A DNA stretch of 64,000 nt from Candidatus Poriferihabitaceae bacterium (GTDB taxonomy: Bacteria > Pseudomonadota > Gammaproteobacteria > Arenicellales > Poriferihabitantaceae): positions 2,804,561-2,868,560 of the forward strand of contig CBDHDW010000013.1 in the NCBI GenBank assembly GCA_965261915.1, read 5' to 3'. Below are positions 31,208 through 39,729 of the stretch, piece after piece. Below the pieces are notes generated by a model. It saw only the letters and a list, made by a program, of their open reading frames with translations, made no database searches and was not told the origin of the DNA. Within the stretch, counting starts at the first letter, position 1, and each line of letters begins with the position of its first letter. The translations under genes were made by a program, and so were the position numbers.

Positions 31208-31732
31208 CTATTCATCAAAAAGTTCATTTGAAGAAAATTCTTCACCATGAAATATATAAACATCATCATCCCTTTCAGCTTGGTTCTTAATAGGTGTTTT
31301 TTGAGACATATCATTAATAATCAATACTTTTTTGTGTTTTATTTTTAAGTCTTCCAGTTCACTTCCGCAATGCGTAATTAATAATTGCCTTAAATAGTGC
31401 ATTAAAGGAACACTGCATTTTAATTGTTTAGAGGCTCTTTTTATGCCACTGTTTGATTTCTTTAATTCACACAGGATGAAGCTAACATTATCGCTATTTT
31501 TTTGTATAAAAATATAATCGCAATTATGATTATACCGAGATGCAACAAAGGAAGCGTGAGAATTGTCGCCAACATCAAATACGATTATATTGTCATTGTT
31601 TTTCGATAGAATAGTGGTCTTGTATTTATTCGGTTTTTGACCACCCTTTAAGACAAACACCTCATCTTTACAAAATTGAAGTTTATTTTTTTGGACAACT
31701 TCAGCGAAGCAATTCCACAAATTAGTCATCAT
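31208..31732 (-). CDS. small protein with a putative PD-(D/E)xK nuclease core
   Basis: 174 aa; NCDYIFI ... SFILCELKKS gives D-x17-E-x-K in alternating beta-like segments; 11-nt overlap with the upstream ATPase gene. Confidence 0.5.
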   Translation of the reverse strand: MMTNLWNCFAEVVQKNKLQFCKDEVFVLKGGQKPNKYKTTILSKNNDNIIVFDVGDNSHASFVASRYNHNCDYIFIQKNSDNVSFILCELKKSNSGIKRASKQLKCSVPLMHYLRQLLITHCGSELEDLKIKHKKVLIINDMSQKTPIKNQAERDDDVYIFHGEEFSSNELFDE

Positions 31733-33101
31733 TTTCGTTGCTCAATTCTGCTGTTAGATGGCGAGATATTTTGTTCATTTTAATAATAGTATCGTCAAAA
31801 CTGGACATCGCCAAACCAAATTTATCTATATCACATTTTGTCGCACCTCCGTTTTCACAAATATAACCACTTACTTTATCTTCCGACAAAAGCATTTCTT
31901 TTTTGTAGTCTTTATGCTGTGCTAGGAAATTTTCTGTATCGGAAATGTTAGACAACATAATTAAATTGTTTATCTCTTTAATAAAATAATCACTGTGCGT
32001 TGTTACCAATACTTTCAAACCAGCCGATACACACATCGCTAAAAGCCGTGCCATGTGTATCTGGTTTTCAGGATTTAAGTGGCTTTCTGGTTCGTCAATA
32101 ATTAATAATTGATCTTTTTTAGCGATACATTTTAGGAAAAAGTATAAATTGGTAAAACCTCTGGCAGAGGATGATGCTAAATGCAGGGGAATATCAAATT
32201 TATTATCTTTTGTACGTTGTTTAGATATTAGTTTAATTTCATTTTCATCAACCCGATAATACGCATCCATCATATCTTTAATGTAGTCAAAAAGTTTATC
32301 GGTGTTGATTTCTGATGTTTCTTTTGAATGAATGCTTAAATCTCTGACATAGTCTATATTATCCTGAATAGCGACGGCATAACGAGAGGAAAACCTATTT
32401 AGCACATCAAATGGAGCAAATTTACGCCCTTTTTCCCCTTCCATTTTTTGCAACATTTCAACAACACGATTTTTAGCCACATCCAACTCCTTATAAAATA
32501 GCGATATGCCAAATCGTTCGGCAGAAATAATAAATGCTGTCTTTTTAGCCAGCAACAGACCGACAAAAGTATCATTGACGATAGAGTCCATAATATAATC
32601 TGGAATCTTTTCTTTGGTGTTTAAGTTAAAAATCAATTCGCTGCCTTGACGATTAGCATGAATGGCACTCACATTATTATCACCCTTTCCATCAACTTTT
32701 ACTCTCATTCCAAATTCAGTTTTATTGTCATCAATCTCAAAATCAATAGAAGTGTTTTTGAAATGCGGTTTATTAGAACGGAAAAACAAATGTAAATCAT
32801 CAGAGTATTTGCTAGATAACTCCTTTATCATATTTTCTTTTAACACTTTAAATTGTGCATCTGTCATTGAAATAGTTGCAACACCTTGAGTTGATAATTG
32901 TTGTGTAATATCTTGTGTATAAGGGTGCATTGAAATAGTATCCACATGATTATGATCAGACAGGTTATTTAAAAACCCATATATCGCATAAGAAATATAA
33001 GTTTTACCCGAATTATTTTTGCCCGCAATAATCGTTAGATCATTTAGCTCTATTTCTGCGTTTTTGATTGGGCCTAAATTTTTAAATGTTGCTTTTAACA
33101 T
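31722..33101 (-). CDS. AAA_15/AAA_21-type ABC-like ATPase
   Basis: Walker A GKNNSGKTY, Walker B LLIIDEPESHLNPENQ, TTHSDYF; 459 aa. Confidence 0.8.
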   Translation of the reverse strand: MLKATFKNLGPIKNAEIELNDLTIIAGKNNSGKTYISYAIYGFLNNLSDHNHVDTISMHPYTQDITQQLSTQGVATISMTDAQFKVLKENMIKELSSKYSDDLHLFFRSNKPHFKNTSIDFEIDDNKTEFGMRVKVDGKGDNNVSAIHANRQGSELIFNLNTKEKIPDYIMDSIVNDTFVGLLLAKKTAFIISAERFGISLFYKELDVAKNRVVEMLQKMEGEKGRKFAPFDVLNRFSSRYAVAIQDNIDYVRDLSIHSKETSEINTDKLFDYIKDMMDAYYRVDENEIKLISKQRTKDNKFDIPLHLASSSARGFTNLYFFLKCIAKKDQLLIIDEPESHLNPENQIHMARLLAMCVSAGLKVLVTTHSDYFIKEINNLIMLSNISDTENFLAQHKDYKKEMLLSEDKVSGYICENGGATKCDIDKFGLAMSSFDDTIIKMNKISRHLTAELSNENDD

Positions 33102-33330
33102 GTTGTTTTACCTAAATAATCTATATTTTATAGTCATAAATCTACAAATATTTCCTGTTTCCTATTATATGCCATTCTCAATAATGTTTATTTCATCATC
33201 GGTGAGGTCATAAAATTTATAGACCATCTTGTCTATTTGGCTTTCAATAGGCTTGACTGCTGTTCTATTCGTATCACTTTATTCATCATCCCCGCAAATC
33301 TATATTCGTTATTCCTGAGCCCACCAACCC

Positions 33331-33642
33331 CGTCATTCCTGCACCGTTCCGTCATTCCTGCACCGTTCCGTCATTCCTGTACCGTCCCGTCATTTCTGCA
33401 CCGTTCCGTCATTCCTGCACCGTTCCGTCATTCCTGCACCGTTCCGTCATTCCTGCACCGTTCCGTCATTCCTGCACTCGTTCCGTCATTCCTGCACCGT
33501 TCCGTCATTCCTGCACCGTTCCGTCATTCCTGTACCGTTCCGTCATTCCTGTACCGTCCCGTCATTTCTGCACCGTTCCGTCATTCCTGCACCGTTCCGT
33601 CATTCCTGCACCGTTCCGTCATTCCTGCGAAAGCAGGAATCC
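33331..33642. repeat. about 15 tandem copies of a 19-bp unit ending in a complete palindromic element
   Basis: Unit CGTCATTCCTGCACCGTTC (minor variants, one 20-bp copy) from 33331; array ends with CGTCATTCCTGCGAAAGCAGGAATCC (33617-33642). Confidence 0.95.
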
Positions 33643-33713
33643 AGTCAAGCTAAATCTTTATATAAATCCTTCCAATACGGGTTCTTATCTTCAATCAGCT
33701 TCAGTTTCCATGC

Positions 33714-33950
33714 TCACTTCCATTTCTTGATTTGCTTTTCGCGCGTAATCGCCGCATACCTATCGCCATGCAACTCGAAATAGACCAAAAGGGTCATATT
33801 ATATTTCTCGCTAAATCCTTTGACCAAATGATTTTTATGTTCCCAAATTCGTTTGATTAAATCTGAAGTAACGCCAGTGTATAAGGTGCCATTAGGCTGA
33901 CTTGCCAGAATGTAAACGGCGGGTTGTTTATGGCTCATGGCATTAGTCAT
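33714..33950 (-). CDS. GIY-YIG nuclease family protein (small UPF0213/YhbQ-like), ended early by an in-frame TGA
   Basis: VYILASQPNGTLYTGVTSDLIKRIWEHK...REKQIKKWK. Beyond the TGA the same frame reads AWKLKLIEDKNPYWKDLYKDLA* down to 33645, which is the normal family C-terminus. Confidence 0.75.
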   Translation of the reverse strand: MTNAMSHKQPAVYILASQPNGTLYTGVTSDLIKRIWEHKNHLVKGFSEKYNMTLLVYFELHGDRYAAITREKQIKKWK

Positions 33951-33951
33951 T

Positions 33952-33977
33952 GGATTCCTGCTTTCGCAGGAATGACG
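33952..33977. repeat. palindromic element GGATTCCTGCTTTCGCAGGAATGACG
   Basis: Exact reverse complement of the element at 33617-33642; lies 2 nt upstream of the GIY-YIG start. Confidence 0.9.
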
Positions 33978-34114
33978 GGGTCAAGGGTGGCGTTATTTTC
34001 AATAATACCAATCTCATTATCGGTGAGGTCATAAAATTTATAAACCATCTTGTCTATTTGGCTTTCAATATGCTTGACTGCTGTTTTATTCGTTTATACA
34101 AAACACGCTTTTCT

Positions 34115-34139
34115 TATAAACGTTATCAAAACGTTTATA
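34115..34139 (-). terminator. weak hairpin downstream of the five-gene operon
   Basis: Perfect 10-bp AT-rich stem TATAAACGTT / AACGTTTATA with a 5-nt loop, about 50 nt after the TPR gene stop; no clear U-tract. Confidence 0.25.
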
Positions 34140-34189
34140 AATTTTGTAATATTTTAATCAGCACAACATTTTCTTTCCATTATCTTGGT

Positions 34190-35374
34190 TTATTTTTTTA
34201 TGCGTTTTAGTAGTTCATCAATTGCTGTTATCGATTCTTGTTGATTTTTACGCATTGAGTAGGCGATGCTCTCAATTATTTTGGGTATGAAATTCTGATA
34301 ATGTGGATTATCTTTAGTTTGTTGTATCTTTTCAAACATCTTTGCCATCGCCAATCGGTTGCTGGCTTCAATGCGTAGCTGTTTGGCGTTGGTGTATTGG
34401 CGGATGATAATAAACGTAATGACTGATAGGAAAATATAGAGGGGATACACAATTTTATAGTCTGCTTTAAGACAGAAAATTAAATACAACAAACCACCGA
34501 AAACAACAATGACCATCACAATACTTGCACAAAGCCAAACTGTCTCTCCTTTTTTATATTCATCCCTTAACTCTTTGAAAATCTCTTGGAAATTTTGAAC
34601 TTCTGTAACTTTCTCCTCTGTTTTTTTAACTTGCTCCTTTGGAATAACAGTCGGGTCTAATTCATTGGCATCTTTAAAATCTTGTATAGCCTTTTGTTCT
34701 TTGCCTATGCTTCGATAAGCCACACCACGATTATAAAAAGCTATCGCAAAGTTAAGGTTTAATTCAATGGCTTTATCAAAATCTTGAATGGCAAGGTCAA
34801 ATTCACCTTTGTTATAATAAGCTACCCCACGATTGTTAAAAGCATCGGCAGGCTTGGGGCCTAAGTCAATGGCTTGGTTAAAATCTTTAATAGCCTTGTC
34901 AATTTCGCCTTTCTTTTCATACGCTAAACCACGATTGTTAAAAGCATCAGAATTTTTAGGGTCTAATACGATGGCTTGGTTAAAATCTTGAATGGCTCGG
35001 TCAAATTTGCCTTGCTTGTCATAGGTCAAGCCACGATTGCTAAAAGCCCCTGCAAACTCTGGGTCTAATGCAATGGCTTGGTTAAAATCTTGAATGGCTC
35101 GGTCAAATTCGCCTTTATTGCCATAAGCCGCGCCACGATTGTTAAAAGCAGCAACAAGTTTAGGGTCTAATGCAATGGCTTGGTTAAAATCTTGAATGGC
35201 TCGGTCAAATTTGCCTTGCTTGTCATAGGTCAAGCCACGACTGTTAAAAGCCCCTGCAAACTCTGGGTCTAATGCAATGGCTTTGTCATAATCTTGAATG
35301 GCTTGGTCAAATTCACCTACTTTAAGATGTACATCACCTTTCTCAAAAAATTTTATTGCTTGTTCTTTACTCAT
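34190..35374 (-). CDS. TPR-repeat protein with two C-proximal transmembrane helices
   Basis: About 7 consecutive 34-aa TPR units (AIQDFNQAIALDPxxAxAFNNRGxAYxxxGxFDR), then VWLCASIVMVIVVFGGLLYLIF and IVYPLYIFLSVITFIIIRQY; ATGA overlap with the upstream gene. Confidence 0.85.
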   Translation of the reverse strand: MSKEQAIKFFEKGDVHLKVGEFDQAIQDYDKAIALDPEFAGAFNSRGLTYDKQGKFDRAIQDFNQAIALDPKLVAAFNNRGAAYGNKGEFDRAIQDFNQAIALDPEFAGAFSNRGLTYDKQGKFDRAIQDFNQAIVLDPKNSDAFNNRGLAYEKKGEIDKAIKDFNQAIDLGPKPADAFNNRGVAYYNKGEFDLAIQDFDKAIELNLNFAIAFYNRGVAYRSIGKEQKAIQDFKDANELDPTVIPKEQVKKTEEKVTEVQNFQEIFKELRDEYKKGETVWLCASIVMVIVVFGGLLYLIFCLKADYKIVYPLYIFLSVITFIIIRQYTNAKQLRIEASNRLAMAKMFEKIQQTKDNPHYQNFIPKIIESIAYSMRKNQQESITAIDELLKRIKK

Positions 35375-38300
35375 TTTGTTTCCTCAATAATTTTAATCTC
35401 ATCATCGGTGAGGTCATAAAGTTTATACACCATCTGGTCGATTTGGGTTTCCAGTGTGCTGGTGTCTTGCCCCTGTTGTTTAGCGGTAAGGATTTTATCC
35501 ACTAATGCTATAAACGGTTGTTGTGCTGGTTTTGATATTTTCGGGATGGGAATATTAACTAAAGGTTCCTTATCTATTTGATAGTTATTTCCTTGCATTT
35601 TGCCTTTGTAACGCAACCAGAAGGCAACTAATTTAGAGTTTAAAAGAGCCGTTAAATATTTAAGGTTGAAACGGCTAGTTTTTATCACATAGAATGTTGC
35701 TGATAAATAACTATCAAAATCTACATAAGTAAAAATAGGTTCGGAAGGGCATTTACGCTGAACAGCAATTTTCTCACCAATAAAGAATTTCTCTTTTCTC
35801 GCCCTATGTAAGCCATAAGGTTTATTGTCGGACGTAATAATTCCCTGAAATTTATCTAAATGTTTTTTTAAGTTTGGGAATCTATCAAGAGAACCTGCTT
35901 TGTTATAACTCGAATCGGTATATATTATAAATTTATCATCGCTTTTCTGCGGATAATATTTTTGAAATTTGCTTGTGTCAGAATAGTATCTTTTTAAAAA
36001 TTTCTTTTCCTCTTCGGTTAAATTTAATTCCTGTAATTCACTATGATTTATCCCAAAGATACCGTCCCCGACACTAAAAGTAGAATCAAGATTAAGCAAC
36101 ATTTTTTTTGTTACAAAGTCGTAATGAGGATGAATACCATTAGCTACTTCATTTTCCATCAAATAATCAATATCATTATTCAGAACTGAATTCAGGACAT
36201 TATCAATTCTCGGATTATTAAAAGTTATTAAAGAACCGTAATAAAGAGAACTATCAAAATTCAATGTGTATTTTTCGCCTAGATCATCATCAGCATTAAA
36301 AGATAAAAAATCTGAAAGTTGTTTTTGCTTTATTGAATCATCTTTCAGTAAAGAATATTTCAATGGGTAACACTTGCTCGGCATTTCTTTTTTTAGCAGA
36401 TAAGTCATAGTTTGTATTCCTGCCGATTTGAATACTTTGTAATTTCGAAAATCTGTAAATGACTTTATTTCAGTTTCCCTTAGCACTTTATTTCTAAAAA
36501 TAGAAGCCCCAGCACTTGTTGTCCAATTATTTTGTGCAATAAAACACTCAATACCTTTTTGCTTTAGTAAATCTAAACTTACGCAAGCAAAACCGTACCA
36601 CAAGTCCATTTTTCCTTGATAGTATTTTGAGGTTCTAAACCCATTAAATGCTTCTTTGTTCGTGTATTCTTTAATATAAGGCGGATTACCAATCACAATA
36701 TCAAAGCCATTCACGCCAAATTGCCACTCGGGATTAAACCAATCGGCGATGGCGTTTTGATTGTATAAATCCCAATGAACGATTCTTTTTATGCTGGTTT
36801 CACCGGCTGGTGTGATGGCGCTTTCGTTTAATTCTGCCAGCATGTGCTCACGCAGGGCTTTGTCTTTAGCTCGGTATTTGCGTTTGGTGGTTAAGGTCTT
36901 GGCACTAAAATACTTGTGCCTGACTTGGGCTAATTGTTGTTGTAGTCTCTCGATGCTAACTTCAAATAGGTCGTTTTGCTTTGGCATCTCGCCCAAAGGC
37001 AACAAACTATTCGCAACAATAAACTTGGTTTCTAAATTCGGCAGGGCTTTGATTCCGTAATTATCGACTTTGTTTTTGTTGGGGCTTTGTTCAATGGTCA
37101 GGCTGATAAAAAAGCGCAGCTTGCAGATTTGAATGGCGATGGGTTGAATGTCCACGCCATAAATACAGTTTTCTATCAACATTAATTTCTTGCCATAGGC
37201 GTTATGCTGATTTTGTTGAGAAAAAACCTGCTCTATCGCCGCTATGGCACTGGCGCAACTGGCTTCATCGGGGATTTGTTCTGCCTTGTCGATTTGCTGT
37301 TGTTTGAAATGAGTGTTTTCTGCATCCACTTTTTCTAAAATCAGCACCAGCCGTTGCAATATGCCCATCGGATACGCACCACTGCCCACCGCTGGGTCAA
37401 GGATTTTTAGCCCATCTATGGCATAAATCAGGGCTTTTGTTTGTTGCTTATCGAGGGCGTTTTCTTGTTCGGTGAATTCAGCGTCAACAAACAGGGCATT
37501 GATTTGCTCGTCTGTTAGGTCGGTGTGCTGGTGAAAATGCTGTTTCAGGCTTTCATCGACCATATAATTGACAATTTCACGCGGGGTGTAAAAACTGCCG
37601 GTGGCTTTGCGCGCCTGCTGTCCGGTTTCCGGGTTATAACTGGCGAGCAGGTTTTCAAACACCTTGCCCAATAGCTCGGGGTCAAGGGCGACTTCAACAT
37701 CCAACGGCGTGCTTTCCTCAACGGTGAATTGGTATTGATTGAACAAGTCAATCAAGCCTAAATCCTGCTTATCGTCCTGCTTATTGTCATTGAAAATAGT
37801 GTCCTTGAAAAATAGGTGATTATGAAAAACCAATTCATTATCAGCCCTATCGGAAAAGCCATCAATGCGAATGGCACTGCCTATCGGGCGAATCGTTTTA
37901 TCATTATCGTAAGCCTGTTTTTCCTCATCGCTTGCCTCTCGGTCTAAGCATTCAAACAAGCCGCCGTTTAGGAACGGTGCTTGGTCAAATAAAGCGATAA
38001 TTTTGTCTTTATCCGAATCGATGAAATAATCTTGATAGCGGTAGATATTGGTGACCAGATAATTGGTGCTATTTGCCGCTCCGTTGGTTGTGTTGCGAAA
38101 ACTACGCTCGGTGACCGGACGGTTGAGGGTGGCAAAAAACAGATTTTGCAGAATCGCCTTGTAAAAACTGCTGGGCTGTTCGTAATCGATCAGCGTTTGT
38201 AATTTATCTTTATCAAATAAATCCGCCTTGATTAGCCCCTTCTCTTTGATAAACCAGATGAATAACAACCGCGTCAACAGGCGAATCAGGCTGGTTTGGC

Positions 38301-38883
38301 TGTGGTTTTCGGCTTGCTCGTCATTGGGAAATACGACTTGGCATTGTGCTTTTTCATACCAGCGATACAGTTTGTCGTAAAATTCCTTGTTCAGCTCTTC
38401 AACAGAAAAAGCGGTTTTTAAGTCTTCTAGCGTGGATTGCTTGTGAAGTTGTTCAAAACGCTCTATTGCGGTTCTGGTTTTGGCGTTCTCACCTAACAGA
38501 TAGGTAAAGCGTTTGCTGGCGGTTTTCTCTGTAGTTACGCCAGTATCGGTGAAACGATATTCAATGGCAACAAAACTAAATCGCCATTGTTTGTTTTCAT
38601 CATCCACATAAACCGCTAAAGCACCGTCTTCGCTGCCAATTTGCTTGGCAACCAGATTGCGTAATTGCACACGGTTTCTGCTTAATTGGGTGTTGGGCTT
38701 GATATGAATTTCAAAGACGGGCAACGATTTCCCGTCTTGGCTGGTAACGGTACCGAGTTGTTGGAGGGATTCAACATCGTTATTGTCTATAACGATAGGC
38801 ACAAGGTGCTTGGCAAAATTGAATTTATCTGCCAGAAAATCAAGGTAATTTCCTCGGTCATAGGCTTGGTTGAGGAAGTTCAT
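35371..38883 (-). CDS. 1170-aa Eco57I/MmeI/PglX-like N6-adenine DNA methyltransferase (type IIG-like architecture)
   Basis: FLNGGLFECLD, TGSFYTPREIVNYMV, motif I ILDPAVGSGAYP, motif IV VIGNPPY (36676-36687), C-terminal TRD and the typical tail QIDQMVYKLYDLTDDEIKIIE. Confidence 0.9.
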   Translation of the reverse strand: MNFLNQAYDRGNYLDFLADKFNFAKHLVPIVIDNNDVESLQQLGTVTSQDGKSLPVFEIHIKPNTQLSRNRVQLRNLVAKQIGSEDGALAVYVDDENKQWRFSFVAIEYRFTDTGVTTEKTASKRFTYLLGENAKTRTAIERFEQLHKQSTLEDLKTAFSVEELNKEFYDKLYRWYEKAQCQVVFPNDEQAENHSQTSLIRLLTRLLFIWFIKEKGLIKADLFDKDKLQTLIDYEQPSSFYKAILQNLFFATLNRPVTERSFRNTTNGAANSTNYLVTNIYRYQDYFIDSDKDKIIALFDQAPFLNGGLFECLDREASDEEKQAYDNDKTIRPIGSAIRIDGFSDRADNELVFHNHLFFKDTIFNDNKQDDKQDLGLIDLFNQYQFTVEESTPLDVEVALDPELLGKVFENLLASYNPETGQQARKATGSFYTPREIVNYMVDESLKQHFHQHTDLTDEQINALFVDAEFTEQENALDKQQTKALIYAIDGLKILDPAVGSGAYPMGILQRLVLILEKVDAENTHFKQQQIDKAEQIPDEASCASAIAAIEQVFSQQNQHNAYGKKLMLIENCIYGVDIQPIAIQICKLRFFISLTIEQSPNKNKVDNYGIKALPNLETKFIVANSLLPLGEMPKQNDLFEVSIERLQQQLAQVRHKYFSAKTLTTKRKYRAKDKALREHMLAELNESAITPAGETSIKRIVHWDLYNQNAIADWFNPEWQFGVNGFDIVIGNPPYIKEYTNKEAFNGFRTSKYYQGKMDLWYGFACVSLDLLKQKGIECFIAQNNWTTSAGASIFRNKVLRETEIKSFTDFRNYKVFKSAGIQTMTYLLKKEMPSKCYPLKYSLLKDDSIKQKQLSDFLSFNADDDLGEKYTLNFDSSLYYGSLITFNNPRIDNVLNSVLNNDIDYLMENEVANGIHPHYDFVTKKMLLNLDSTFSVGDGIFGINHSELQELNLTEEEKKFLKRYYSDTSKFQKYYPQKSDDKFIIYTDSSYNKAGSLDRFPNLKKHLDKFQGIITSDNKPYGLHRARKEKFFIGEKIAVQRKCPSEPIFTYVDFDSYLSATFYVIKTSRFNLKYLTALLNSKLVAFWLRYKGKMQGNNYQIDKEPLVNIPIPKISKPAQQPFIALVDKILTAKQQGQDTSTLETQIDQMVYKLYDLTDDEIKIIEETK

Positions 38884-39728
38884 TACCTTCTCTGTGCATT
38901 TTTAATGGCGATAATAAGATGGTCAATTTCCTCTATGTAAGAGGTCAAATCCGAAAAACATTTCAATTTCTTCAGGGTCGAGTTGCCTTGCAAATCGACA
39001 AATGCATTTATTTCAGTGTGAGCGATATGATTTCTTGATTCATTAAACTTGGATATTTTGGTATTATTTTCGTTCAAATTAAACGTCTTTTTTACTATTT
39101 TATGTTTTGAACTAAAGGCTAATTCTTTTAGTACCTCCTCTTTCACGTCATCTTCTATGCCAATTTTTTCACCAAAAGCGTACTCCACTTCCAGATGCTT
39201 TTTAATGATTTGTTCTTTGATATGGCTTAACAAGGACACACCTACTAGCTCTTGTTTTTGTTCTGGTGTGATAACATTTTTTTCAGAGAATACTGCAACG
39301 GTATATTTGTTTGGATAGCTTCTATCCAACATTTGTTGCAAGCCATCTTTTATACTAGAATGTTGATCGATATATTTGCTATTGATTAAGAAAGAAATAC
39401 TGTTTTCACTCAAGTTTTTATCCAATTTATCCAAAATACCGGCTATTTTTCCAATGATATTTTTAACATCACTGTTATCATTTATGCCTGTAAGGTGCAA
39501 ATCACAAATAACATGTTTTACCTTTGAAATTTGATGATTCTCTAATTTTTCTAAATCATCTATCTCACCAGTTGACCAGATTACTTTTAAGTTTTCTCTG
39601 GTCAACTCAAAATAAAGTGGCATTATGGTTTTATGCCAAGAAGAGTGATTTTCAGATCCTACCACCAAACCATCAAACAAAGACTCCCCGGAAAAATCAT
39701 CATCAATTATCAAAATGTCATATAGCAT
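38883..39728 (-). CDS. receiver-like N-domain plus C-terminal HEPN-like (Rx4H) domain protein
   Basis: YDILIIDDD, HVICDLHLTG (Asp76), FLINS; C-terminal SRNHIAHT (39018-39035); 1-nt gap/overlap to both neighbours. Confidence 0.5.
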   Translation of the reverse strand: MLYDILIIDDDFSGESLFDGLVVGSENHSSWHKTIMPLYFELTRENLKVIWSTGEIDDLEKLENHQISKVKHVICDLHLTGINDNSDVKNIIGKIAGILDKLDKNLSENSISFLINSKYIDQHSSIKDGLQQMLDRSYPNKYTVAVFSEKNVITPEQKQELVGVSLLSHIKEQIIKKHLEVEYAFGEKIGIEDDVKEEVLKELAFSSKHKIVKKTFNLNENNTKISKFNESRNHIAHTEINAFVDLQGNSTLKKLKCFSDLTSYIEEIDHLIIAIKNAQRR

Positions 39729-39729
39729 G

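Noticed and set aside
33331-33642. Possible CRISPR array
   Set aside because: The repeats are contiguous with no spacers, the unit is only 19 bp, and there are no cas genes in the window.
33237-33653. 138-aa ORF with the repeated peptide PSFLHRSVIPAPFRHSCTV
   Set aside because: It is the translation of the 19-bp tandem DNA repeat. The periodicity is at nucleotide level and there is no start context, so it is not a gene.
35371-35730. Assigning a PD-ExK nuclease domain to the 1170-aa MTase (full type IIG restriction enzyme)
   Set aside because: I found no clean D-x(9-12)-E-x-K motif in the N-terminal 120 aa. The nearest, QDGKSLPVFEIHIK, has the wrong spacing. The nuclease call is left open rather than asserted.
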